Shown here one piece after another: positions 29,025 through 37,541 of a DNA stretch of 64,000 bases. The stretch is taken from the NCBI GenBank assembly GCA_046300675.1, contig JBKCLO010000181.1, positions 8,915 through 72,914 of the forward strand. Direction: 5' to 3'. The notes beneath the pieces are model-generated. The model was not told the origin of the DNA. It saw nothing but the letters and a program-made list of their open reading frames with translations, and did no database searches. How positions within the stretch are numbered: the first letter of the stretch is position 1; every line of letters begins with the position of its first letter. Source of the stretch: Ignavibacteria bacterium. GTDB lineage: Bacteria; Bacteroidota; Ignavibacteria; Kapaibacteriales; Kapaibacteriaceae. The translations under genes were made by a program, and so were the position numbers.

Positions 29025-29429
29025 TTACTTTTTCTTGTGCTTCTTTACGTCCGCAGCAGACACAACAGGACCGCTATTACCAAAACTGCTGTAGACATAC
29101 GTAATAACGCTTGCGATGTCATCGTCAGTATACTTCTTCGGCAGAGGCGCCATTACCCCGTTGTACTCTTTGCCGTTAACCTTGAGCTTGCCACTTTTAC
29201 CATTGACAACTTCTTTGATGATCTGCGGCGTTGGAGTGTTTTTCAGATAGTCACTCTTGGCAAGCGGCGGATATACCGTACCGAGTCCCTGACCGTTTGC
29301 CTGGTGACACGTCTTACAGTACTCGTTGTATACTACCTGCCCACGCTTCATTAGCGCAGCCTTGTCAGCTGCTGCGGAGGCCGACATTGCGAGGTAAAGG
29401 GATGCAACAGCCAGCAAGAACGTTTTCAT
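29025..29429 (-). CDS. Class I c-type cytochrome (monohaem, secreted)
   Basis: The ORF track gives 29025..29489; the ATG at 29429 gives MKTFLLAVASLYLAMSASAAAD, a signal peptide. There is a single CKTCH haem-binding motif, a candidate distal Met in NGVMAPL, and a Lys-rich tail KKHKKK. Confidence 0.8.
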   Translation of the reverse strand: MKTFLLAVASLYLAMSASAAADKAALMKRGQVVYNEYCKTCHQANGQGLGTVYPPLAKSDYLKNTPTPQIIKEVVNGKSGKLKVNGKEYNGVMAPLPKKYTDDDIASVITYVYSSFGNSGPVVSAADVKKHKKK

Positions 29430-29534
29430 GGTAAACCTTTGAGAGAATGTGTGTTTCGATGGAGCCGGAACGTGTAGTAACCCTCGCATTGCGGCGAAGG
29501 TTCCACCATTGCGACTACAGCCTCATCATGGGTA

Positions 29535-31988
29535 TCAGAACAAGTTCGGATATCTACCGGGCGCAGTTTCCTGCATCAGACTGTAAATCTTCATGCAGAT
29601 ATGCTCAGCCTCGGGCTTGGACCAGAAGTTGCCATCGGTACCATATGCTGGACGGTGTTCCTGTGCTGTCAGCGTGGCAGGGGCAGAATCAAGGAAACGA
29701 TAGCCATTCTGTACTTCGAGAACTTGACGCATCATGAACGCGGTAGTGCCGCCTGGAACATCTTCGTCGAGGAACAGAATGCGATTTGTCTTCTGCAGCG
29801 ACTGCACGATCATCCCGCTGGTATCAAAAGGCAACAGCGTTTGAACATCGACCACTTCAATATCGATTCCAAGACGTTCCAGCATCGCAGCAGCATCGAG
29901 GGCTACACGAACGGTCGCACCATACGTTACGACAGTTATGTCTGAACCCTGGCGAACTACCTCTGGAACACCGAGTGGGACAGTGTACTCGCCGATGTTC
30001 ATCGGAAGATTCTCTTTCAGGCGATAACCATTCAACACCTCGACCACCACTGCAGGATCATCCCCTTGCAGAAGCGTCTGGTACATTCCGGCTGCCTGCA
30101 CAAAGTTCCTAGGCACGCACACGTGCATGCCGCGCACGAGGTTGATGATACCAGCCATCGGCGAGCCCGAATGCCAGATACCTTCGAGCCTATGACCACG
30201 CGTGCGCACGATCACGGGCGCTTTTTGTCCGCCTCGTGTTCTCCAGTGCACTGTAGCCAGATCATCACTCATTAGCTGCAATGCATAGAGTAAATAGTCC
30301 AAATACTGTATCTCAGCTATTGGACGCAGGCCACGCATGGCCATGCCGATCGACTGTCCAAGAATCGTGCACTCTCGAATACCTACATCGCTCACACGTA
30401 GAACGCCGTAAGCCGCCTGCAATCCTGATGTGCCTTGGTTAACGTCGCCAAGAAACCCTGTGTCTTCGCCGAAGATGCTTACCCGCGGATCCGACGCAAG
30501 AGCATGGTCGAACCATGCACGAATCACCTCAGAACCATTGACTTGTTGGGGCTGGGGCCCAAAGTCCGGAGCGATGGCAGCACTCCGCAGTGGACTTTTC
30601 TGCGTTTCGCAATACAAGTGAGAGCTATATAGGGGGCGAATCTGTTCGTCATACCCACGACGCCATGCAGCCAGATCATGCGCACACGATTGTGGTGCTT
30701 TTGCAGACGCTACGAGAGCTCTATGGATCGCAGACATGATATCTCTACGAAACGGCTCACGGATGCGCGTAAGCTCACTGGCTATCTGCTCAACTTCCTG
30801 AGCTGCGTCCAGTTGCGAGGCACTCCTAAGATTCTCTGCAGTTGTACGGAGCATCGAAGATGCATCAATGATCTCCTGTTGGATTGGACGTATGTAGGCG
30901 TCCCAGGCTGCCTGCTTGCTGGACTTGACAGACTCACTGGCTTCAGCCTCGATGGCATCGAGCTCCTTGATACTGGCAATCCCCTGCTCGATCATCCAGG
31001 CACGCATGCGAGAAACACCATCCATTTCTGTTTCCCACGCCAGACGCTCTGCAGACTTGTAGCGCTCGTGCGAACCGGATGTGGAATGACCCTGAGGCTG
31101 CGTAACCTCGATCACATGGATGATCTGCGGTACATGCTCCGTACGAGCCGTGGCAGAGGCCTTGGCATATGCCTCAACAAGAGCTGGATAATCCCATGCC
31201 TTCACCACCTGGATATCATATCCGTTCGACGACGTAGCGGTTCTTGCGAATCCCGAAAGCAGCTCACCAACATTGGATTTTGTAACCTGGAACTCGTTTG
31301 GGACACTGATGCCGTATCCATCATCCCATATCGATATGATCGCCGGCGACTTCAGAACGCCGATGGCATTAACGCTTTCCCAAAACATTCCCTCGGCGCT
31401 TGAAGCATTCCCAATGGTGCCGAATGCAACCTCGTTGCCGTTTGAAGAGAACTCGGTAAGTGATTGCAAAACTTCAACTTCACGATACAGCCTCGACGCA
31501 TACGCAAGACCAACCAGTCGCGGCATTTGCGAACCCGTTGGCGACACATCTGCCGAAACATTCTTGCGTTGTACTTGTGGAAGCCACGTTCCATCGTCGC
31601 CAAGCAAGCGCGTACCGAAGTGACCATTCATCGAGCGGCCAGCGCTGGCTGGTTCTGCCTCGATGTCCGTATGAGCATACAACTGAGCAAAGAACTTCTG
31701 AACGTCACTCTCTCCTGTGGCAAACATGAATGTCTGATCGCGGTAGTAACCACTGCGCCAGTCCCCAGGCTGAAAGGCCCGTGCCATGGCTAGCTGTGCG
31801 ATCTCCTTGCCGTCGCCAAAGATTCCGAATTTGGCCTTGCCGGTTAGGACTTCTTTCCGGCCCAGCAGTGATGCCTGCCGGCTGATAACGGCGATGCGAT
31901 AATCACTGATAACATCTGCCTTCGAGAGGCCAGCTGCGCTATCCAGCTGCACCGTACGTTGCTTTGCCGGAGTTGATTTCTTGCTCAT
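29535..31988 (-). CDS. Fused 2-oxoacid dehydrogenase E1 component (alpha and beta modules in one 817-aa polypeptide)
   Basis: The N-terminal half is TPP-binding and alpha-like. The C-terminal half is beta-like (VSIFGEDTGFLGDVNQGTSGLQ...LRVSDVGIRECTILGQSIGMAMRGLRPIAEIQYLDY). This fused form is common in Bacteroidota. Confidence 0.85.
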   Translation of the reverse strand: MSKKSTPAKQRTVQLDSAAGLSKADVISDYRIAVISRQASLLGRKEVLTGKAKFGIFGDGKEIAQLAMARAFQPGDWRSGYYRDQTFMFATGESDVQKFFAQLYAHTDIEAEPASAGRSMNGHFGTRLLGDDGTWLPQVQRKNVSADVSPTGSQMPRLVGLAYASRLYREVEVLQSLTEFSSNGNEVAFGTIGNASSAEGMFWESVNAIGVLKSPAIISIWDDGYGISVPNEFQVTKSNVGELLSGFARTATSSNGYDIQVVKAWDYPALVEAYAKASATARTEHVPQIIHVIEVTQPQGHSTSGSHERYKSAERLAWETEMDGVSRMRAWMIEQGIASIKELDAIEAEASESVKSSKQAAWDAYIRPIQQEIIDASSMLRTTAENLRSASQLDAAQEVEQIASELTRIREPFRRDIMSAIHRALVASAKAPQSCAHDLAAWRRGYDEQIRPLYSSHLYCETQKSPLRSAAIAPDFGPQPQQVNGSEVIRAWFDHALASDPRVSIFGEDTGFLGDVNQGTSGLQAAYGVLRVSDVGIRECTILGQSIGMAMRGLRPIAEIQYLDYLLYALQLMSDDLATVHWRTRGGQKAPVIVRTRGHRLEGIWHSGSPMAGIINLVRGMHVCVPRNFVQAAGMYQTLLQGDDPAVVVEVLNGYRLKENLPMNIGEYTVPLGVPEVVRQGSDITVVTYGATVRVALDAAAMLERLGIDIEVVDVQTLLPFDTSGMIVQSLQKTNRILFLDEDVPGGTTAFMMRQVLEVQNGYRFLDSAPATLTAQEHRPAYGTDGNFWSKPEAEHICMKIYSLMQETAPGRYPNLF

Positions 31989-31994
31989 AGACTA

Positions 31995-32002
31995 CAAAGT
32001 TA
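31995..32002 (-). promoter_or_regulatory. Candidate -7 promoter box (TAACTTTG) for the fused-E1/cytochrome c unit
   Basis: The reverse complement is TAACTTTG (TAnnTTTG), 6 nt upstream of the ATG at 31988. Confidence 0.4.
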
Positions 32003-32012
32003 CGATACTGAA

Positions 32013-32612
32013 TCACTCACCAAAGAGTGATGGTTGCTGCGGAGCCCCTTCCATTTGAGCTTGTATCAGATTCTTGGCCTGTTCAAGCGTCTCTGATAGA
32101 ACGCTGTTTACGAGCACGACGTCGAACATATCCTGGTGAGCCATTTCCATCTCTGCACGAGAAAGACGCGTGTTGATCTGCTCATCGGTCTCGGTGTGCC
32201 GGCTTCGAAGACGCTGCTCGAGTACCTCCAATGAAGGGGGCGCAACAAACATCAGCAGGGTGTCGTCAGGAAATGCAGCGCGCAAGGACAGTGCGCCTTT
32301 GACATCGACATCGAAAACCACGAATTCACCACGTGATATCGAGTCGGAGACAAAACTTTTCAGTGTGCCGTAATAATTGCCGAAGATCTCTTCGTACTCA
32401 ACGAGATCTCCTTCTTCGATCTTACGTCGGAAGTCGTCTTTTGTTAAGAAGAAATAATCCCTGCCATGTTCTTCCCCACTGCGCACAGCCCGCGTGGTGG
32501 CGCTAACCGAAAACTTCATCTGCGGGAACGTTTGCAAAAGATGACGAGCCACGGTTGTCTTACCCGCTCCGCTGGGCGCACTAAGGACAATGAGGTGCTT
32601 CCTATTCGACAT
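32013..32612 (-). CDS. gmk: Guanylate kinase
   Basis: The ORF track gives 32013..32663; the ATG at 32612 gives MSNRKHLIVLSAPSGAGKTT (P-loop). The motifs SATTRAVRSGEEHGRDYFF and YGT are present. It overlaps the yicC stop by 11 nt. Confidence 0.9.
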   Translation of the reverse strand: MSNRKHLIVLSAPSGAGKTTVARHLLQTFPQMKFSVSATTRAVRSGEEHGRDYFFLTKDDFRRKIEEGDLVEYEEIFGNYYGTLKSFVSDSISRGEFVVFDVDVKGALSLRAAFPDDTLLMFVAPPSLEVLEQRLRSRHTETDEQINTRLSRAEMEMAHQDMFDVVLVNSVLSETLEQAKNLIQAQMEGAPQQPSLFGE

Positions 32613-33477
32613 TCTGCACCTGTTCGCGCATGCGTTCGAGTTCTTCCTTAACGCCGACAACAATCACTGCGATCTCTGCATGGTTGCATTTTGAGCCGAT
32701 CGTATTGATCTCGCGGTTCATCTCCTGAAGCAGGAAATTGAGCTTTCGTCCAGCCTTTTCGTCTCCAGTCATGTACTGACGAAAATGCTTGATGTGGCTC
32801 CGCAAGCGCACGCATTCTTCTGTAACATCGAGCTTCTCTGACAGCAGAATGATCTCGAGCTGCAGACGTTGCTCGTCTACAACAGAATCCTCAACAAGCT
32901 GCCGCACGCGCTCGCGCAGCCGCACACGCTCTGCTTCGATGCGTGCAACACTCATCTGCTCAACAATGTCAGTGCTGCTCAGCATTAGCGTTAGTCGTTC
33001 GTCCAGATCACGGCAAAGTTCAGCCCCCTCTTTGTCGCGCATTGCATTGAGCGCATGAAGTGCTTCGATCAGTCCTGATTGCAGGTCCGGCCATACGTCA
33101 GCATCTTCAGTTCCAGAAGAATCTGGCTGAAACAGACCAGGCAAGGATGCAATGTGCTCAATGCGGATCTCTCCTGGAATTGAGAGCTCCTGCTTGATCG
33201 TAGCCAGAGCCTGCACGTATGCTGAGGCAACATTGAGATTGGGTCCGATATCGGTTGTCTGCGTGCTTTCGGCGCGGCGAACCGAGATCGAGAGCGAGCC
33301 GCGAGTAACATGCTCTCGCACGGTTTCGCGCATCTGACCTTCTTTGTCAGACCACTCACGCGGGATCTTCGTGGACAACTCCAGGTAGCGTCCGTTCACA
33401 CACCGCGCCTCTATCGTGCAGGTGCTGCCGAGAATCTCTACTTCGGCCTTACCATAGCCAGTCATGCTTCGTATCAT
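32602..33477 (-). CDS. yicC: YicC family stress-induced protein (endoribonuclease YicC)
   Basis: The ORF track start at 33483 is a TTG. The ATG at 33477 gives MIRSMTGYGKAE, which matches the start of E. coli YicC (MIRSMT). The C-terminus has the DUF1732-like motif REINTIGSK. Confidence 0.85.
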   Translation of the reverse strand: MIRSMTGYGKAEVEILGSTCTIEARCVNGRYLELSTKIPREWSDKEGQMRETVREHVTRGSLSISVRRAESTQTTDIGPNLNVASAYVQALATIKQELSIPGEIRIEHIASLPGLFQPDSSGTEDADVWPDLQSGLIEALHALNAMRDKEGAELCRDLDERLTLMLSSTDIVEQMSVARIEAERVRLRERVRQLVEDSVVDEQRLQLEIILLSEKLDVTEECVRLRSHIKHFRQYMTGDEKAGRKLNFLLQEMNREINTIGSKCNHAEIAVIVVGVKEELERMREQVQNVE

Positions 33478-33480
33478 GCG

Positions 33481-33488
33481 CAAAGATA
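33481..33488 (-). promoter_or_regulatory. Candidate -7 promoter box (TATCTTTG) for yicC-gmk
   Basis: The reverse complement is TATCTTTG, 3 nt upstream of the ATG at 33477, which suggests a leaderless transcript. Confidence 0.4.
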
Positions 33489-33537
33489 CAGAGCGAAATA
33501 TGTCTACAAGGGGCTAACTTGCCGTTATAACGCCGCC

Positions 33538-34350
33538 ATGATTGCAACCAACGAACGTTCTGCCAACCTAGCCGTCGACGCCTTGCTCAAGCGCTGGAAT
33601 TGCCGGCCGTCTGTTGGCATCATTACTGGTTCTGGGTTCCGATTCCCATCGCACGGGCTTGTGCAAGACGTAGTGCACTATCGAGAGGTTCCCGGACTTC
33701 ACACCAGCACTGTTCAGGGCCATGCCTCAGAGCTGCAGCTGCTGCATGCTTTCAATCAAAACGTGATCGTTTGCTCGGGCCGATTTCATCAATATGAGGG
33801 CTACTCTGACGATGTATGCCTTCAGCTTGTTTCGTTGCTCTACAGACTCGGGATTCGCACGCTTATCATAACAAATGCGGCAGGTGGACTCCACTGGCGC
33901 TATAGTGTAGGCGATATTGCTTTGATTACCGATACGATCGACTTTACCTTTCAGCAACAGGTCGTGGCAAATCATGCAGCAACCACCAACAAGGCTCGAG
34001 AGAACAGGGCCCTTGCGCACAAATCGATCATCGATCATTGCACCCAAGCAGGCATAGCTCTCGAAACGGGCACCTATTGTCAGGTAGCTGGTCCGTCGTA
34101 CGAAACAAGAGCAGAGATACGAATGCTTCGCGCTATTGGCGCAGAGCTCGTTGGCATGTCCACAGTTCGCGAGTTGCGTTATGCCGAAGCCCTAGGTATC
34201 TCAACGATAGCTCTTTCAATGGTTACCAACACACTTACCGACGCAGAGCAACGTTCTGTAACGCATGGAGAAGTACTTGAGGTTGCTGCAAATGCGGCTG
34301 GACGGCTGACTGGAATCATCAACTGCTGCCTTGGAATGGAGATCAGATGA
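33538..34350 (+). CDS. Purine nucleoside phosphorylase family protein (paralog 2; Asn retained, divergent ribose-side loop)
   Basis: The ORF track gives 33310..34350; the ATG at 33538 gives MIATNERSANLAVDALLKRW.... Motifs present are ITGSGF, GRFHQYEGY, ITNAAGG, GPSYETRAE, GAELVGMST and SMVTN. The canonical DHINLxGxNPL loop is replaced by TDTIDFTFQQQVVANH.... Confidence 0.85.
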   Translation: MIATNERSANLAVDALLKRWNCRPSVGIITGSGFRFPSHGLVQDVVHYREVPGLHTSTVQGHASELQLLHAFNQNVIVCSGRFHQYEGYSDDVCLQLVSLLYRLGIRTLIITNAAGGLHWRYSVGDIALITDTIDFTFQQQVVANHAATTNKARENRALAHKSIIDHCTQAGIALETGTYCQVAGPSYETRAEIRMLRAIGAELVGMSTVRELRYAEALGISTIALSMVTNTLTDAEQRSVTHGEVLEVAANAAGRLTGIINCCLGMEIR

Positions 34351-35165
34351 AAATGCGTGATCGTTCAGTGTGGTTGTCGATCATATGCTTGATCGTTACC
34401 TCGTGCGCTGCTCCTGTAACGCAGATCGAGCGGAGAACCTCGACCATTGACCTCTATCAAACGACGGCTTTGATTATTACGAAAAGCACCGCAGATTCAA
34501 CTGTAGGTCTTGTGAGTCTGCCGCCCACAGGCTCGGGTTCTGTCTACCGTCAGGCGATTCTGTTCTTTGCAACAACTGCCGGAAGGCAGGATAGCCTAGC
34601 AATGAAGATCATTTCCTCCGGCACATCAACGGCAACACCATCAATGACCGCCACGTGCGTGATCCCCCGTGATTACGATCCTACATCACTGCGCATAGGA
34701 CTTGAACAAGGCAACCTGTTTATCGTGCATCCAGCCAAGATGCAATCCGAGAGTGATCAACCGCTTACGCTTTCGCCGTTCATTCAGCGCTCCAGTGCCG
34801 TCAGCACTCCCGAAGAAGCGGATCAACAGGCAGCAGAGTTTTACGTCATGGGTGTTGAAGCCATGAGAATGCGCGCTGTTGAAGGTGAGTATCTACCTTC
34901 CTCCGAAGATCTGCGGGTGATCATTCGCCAGGGATTCAAGGTTTTCTGGCAATCAAACACCGGCATGTCCTATCTGACCGTCATCACCCCTGTACGTCCG
35001 GAAAGGTCCGGCGAGCACTCATTGTATTCGCTGGAATGGGCCGGCACAGACAGTTACGGCATGCCGCTTCCTCCGGGAGAATACACAGCAGACATTATCA
35101 TTCCTGCCAAGCCAGCCCCTTATCAAACGCAGATCACGTTTACATGGCCACTCAGCAGGAAATAG
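34347..35165 (+). CDS. Lipoprotein of unknown function (C-terminal Ig-like/BsuPI-like segment by eye)
   Basis: 272 aa with a lipobox LIVTSC. The start overlaps the PNP2 stop (ATGA at 34347-34350). The C-terminus reads YSLEWAGTDSYGMPLPPGEYTADIIIPAKP. It overlaps the ribD start by 22 nt. Confidence 0.55.
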   Translation: MKMRDRSVWLSIICLIVTSCAAPVTQIERRTSTIDLYQTTALIITKSTADSTVGLVSLPPTGSGSVYRQAILFFATTAGRQDSLAMKIISSGTSTATPSMTATCVIPRDYDPTSLRIGLEQGNLFIVHPAKMQSESDQPLTLSPFIQRSSAVSTPEEADQQAAEFYVMGVEAMRMRAVEGEYLPSSEDLRVIIRQGFKVFWQSNTGMSYLTVITPVRPERSGEHSLYSLEWAGTDSYGMPLPPGEYTADIIIPAKPAPYQTQITFTWPLSRK

Positions 35166-36232
35166 ACGCGCATTGGATGCGCCGCGCCATAGAGATTGCC
35201 CTGCTCGGGCGAGGGACTGTTAGCCCCAATCCGCTGGTTGGATGCGTTATCGCAAGGGGCACGGAACTGATCAGTGAAGGTTACCACGAGGTCTATGGCG
35301 GCAAGCATGCAGAGATTAATGCTCTTGATGCATGTATTGGCCAGGATCTGACGCGTGCTACGATGTATGTTACTCTTGAACCGTGCGCTCATCACGGAAA
35401 ACAGCCTCCGTGTTCTGATGCCATTGCAGCAACTGCAATTAGCCGTATCGTTGTTGGAATCATCGACCCACATCCGGCAGTATCGGGCAAGGGGCTGGCA
35501 ACACTGCAGCAAGCCGGCAAAGAATTGGTAGTCGGCACTGAACACGAGCGCTGCAACTATCTGACGCGATACTTCCTGCACTCGGTCGCCACAGGACTTC
35601 CCTACATCATTGCCAAGGTTGCTACTTCGCAAGACAACAAGATCAGTAGTTCCTCAACAGACGACCGATGGATTACCAATGAAGAATCGCGAACAACGGT
35701 GCATCAGTTGCGCTCAGAGTTGGATGCGGTGATGGTTGGAATTGGAACTGTCGTTGACGATGACCCCATGCTGGATGTACGTCTTGTCGATGGTAGGAAT
35801 CCAGCCAGAGTTATCATTGATCCGTCCTGCCGCCTTGATCCAAGGTCTAGGATCGCAAACACAATGAACACCCACAGAACGTTGATCGTTGTCAACTCCC
35901 GCACTGCCAGCCCCATCGCTGTGCAACAGATGCTCGAACTCGGCGCTGAAATCATCGCACTCGATGCAGAAGGTTCGCACCTGCCTCCGGCAATGATCGC
36001 AAGAGAGCTTCATCAAAGGGGCATACAGTCTATCCTCCTCGAGGGCGGACCAGTTACGTTGGATAACTTCATGCATGCCAAACTCGTTCAAGAGGTGCAT
36101 ATTCACAGGGCTGGGCATGTTATCGGTGCTGGACGCGAATGGACATTTCACCTTGACTCGACAGAATGGCAACTACACTCAACACAGAGCTTCGATACAG
36201 ATGTACATTTGGTCTATCGCAGGTCTGGATAA
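35144..36232 (+). CDS. ribD: Bifunctional riboflavin biosynthesis protein RibD (pyrimidine deaminase / uracil reductase)
   Basis: The ORF track gives 35036..36232; the ATG at 35144 gives MATQQEIDAHWMRRAIEIALLGRG. The deaminase zinc motifs HAEINAL and TLEPCAHHGKQPPC are present, along with a C-terminal reductase domain. Confidence 0.9.
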   Translation: MATQQEIDAHWMRRAIEIALLGRGTVSPNPLVGCVIARGTELISEGYHEVYGGKHAEINALDACIGQDLTRATMYVTLEPCAHHGKQPPCSDAIAATAISRIVVGIIDPHPAVSGKGLATLQQAGKELVVGTEHERCNYLTRYFLHSVATGLPYIIAKVATSQDNKISSSSTDDRWITNEESRTTVHQLRSELDAVMVGIGTVVDDDPMLDVRLVDGRNPARVIIDPSCRLDPRSRIANTMNTHRTLIVVNSRTASPIAVQQMLELGAEIIALDAEGSHLPPAMIARELHQRGIQSILLEGGPVTLDNFMHAKLVQEVHIHRAGHVIGAGREWTFHLDSTEWQLHSTQSFDTDVHLVYRRSG

Positions 36233-37536
36233 TTGTTTCGATAATGCTCGCCCTTGCCACCCCTGATCTGGCAATTGCGCAGAGCAGAGACCAACAGGCA
36301 CTGCAAAAGGCAGTTCAAACCAAGAATTGGCCGGAGATAGAGCGAGTGCTCGCTTCGATGAAGGTCAATACATCCACCGACGTTACGATGGTTGGTCTAT
36401 ACACGTTGGCACTTGTGCAGCAGAACAAGGTAGAACAGGCCACGAGCAGCGCTCGACGAGCGCTTGATCTTGATTCACTCCGGATGCAGTCCTGGCTTGT
36501 GCTTGCCGAATGCTATTCTCGCGGCAACAATCGCAGTGCCTCGCTTGATGTCCTGCGCCGTGCTACACAGAAGTTCTCTGATTCGGTTCAAACTCATCTT
36601 GCCTACGGCCTCACGCTTGTCAAGTACGGCCAACATGCAGATGCAATCTCACCCTTGGAAGAGGTCATGTTCCGCCGACCCGACCAATCTGTGATGTTTG
36701 AGCTGGCACTGTGCTACTTCGCTACCGGCCAGTTCAATGCGGCCGCAGAACTGTATCAGCTACTTGTCGAACAGTATCCGGATAATGCAGCCTACCAGCG
36801 GGGTGCGGGCGAATCATTGATGGCATTAAAGAAACTGCCCGAGGCGATTCGTTCGTTCGACAAGGCCTTGCTGTTGGACTCGAACCGTATCGAATCATAT
36901 TTGCTGCTCACGGGTGCGCTCACAGAATCCAACGACTCGGCGCGAGCGCTTAAGGTGGCCACCGCTGCATCAGCACGTTTTCCGCAGGATGCAATGGCGT
37001 GGTATAATGCTGGACTCCTACAGGTAAAGCACCGTCAGTACGATGGCGCTGCCAAGGCTTTTAAAAAGGCCATTGCGCTGCGTCCAAACTATGGGGAAGC
37101 ATACTTTAATCTGGCAGTTGTCTATGAACAGACGGGGTTTACCGAGGATGCGGCGAACGCATTTAAACGTTGCGCGCTTGTGTTGCCTGCAATGGCTCCC
37201 GATGCTTACAACTCGCTGGCGATCATGCACCGCAGAAGTGGCAACCTTACAGAAGCTCTCAAAGCTCACGAGCAGGCCATATCTCTTCGTGATACCTCAG
37301 CGGTGCTGCATATCTCGCGCATCAATTCCTGTCATGAAGCAGAGAAATGTGCAATTGCCGAAGGCTTCATCGACGATGCACTTCGCAGATTTCCCAATGA
37401 TGCGCAGGTCGTGTATACCTGTGCCAAGTGCATGATTCGACTTGGCAACGTTGAGCGTGCTCGTGAACTTATCGCCCGTCTCGAAAAGACCTCTCCTAGT
37501 CTGGCAGATCAATTGAAACAATTGCTGAAGATGTAA
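36166..37536 (+). CDS. Tetratricopeptide-repeat protein, probably exported
   Basis: 456 aa with a hydrophobic N-terminus (...VWIIVSIMLALATPDLAIAQS). Multiple classical TPRs are present (AWYNAGLLQVKHRQYDGAAKAFKKAIALRPNYGEAYFNLAVVYEQTG). It overlaps the ribD 3' end by 67 nt if the ATG at 36166 is used, and no other canonical start is available. Confidence 0.75.
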   Translation: MATTLNTELRYRCTFGLSQVWIIVSIMLALATPDLAIAQSRDQQALQKAVQTKNWPEIERVLASMKVNTSTDVTMVGLYTLALVQQNKVEQATSSARRALDLDSLRMQSWLVLAECYSRGNNRSASLDVLRRATQKFSDSVQTHLAYGLTLVKYGQHADAISPLEEVMFRRPDQSVMFELALCYFATGQFNAAAELYQLLVEQYPDNAAYQRGAGESLMALKKLPEAIRSFDKALLLDSNRIESYLLLTGALTESNDSARALKVATAASARFPQDAMAWYNAGLLQVKHRQYDGAAKAFKKAIALRPNYGEAYFNLAVVYEQTGFTEDAANAFKRCALVLPAMAPDAYNSLAIMHRRSGNLTEALKAHEQAISLRDTSAVLHISRINSCHEAEKCAIAEGFIDDALRRFPNDAQVVYTCAKCMIRLGNVERARELIARLEKTSPSLADQLKQLLKM

Positions 37537-37541
37537 CCCCT

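Noticed and set aside
30678-31403. A 241-aa plus-strand ORF antisense to the fused E1 gene
   Set aside because: It is a shadow ORF. The opposite-strand product has clear TPP-enzyme homology.
35036-35143. A possible FMN riboswitch ahead of ribD, or T-box leaders ahead of tyrS, aspS and ileS
   Set aside because: These genes have no free leader. ribD overlaps the upstream lipoprotein gene. The aaRS genes have upstream gaps of 15-46 nt, too short for such elements.
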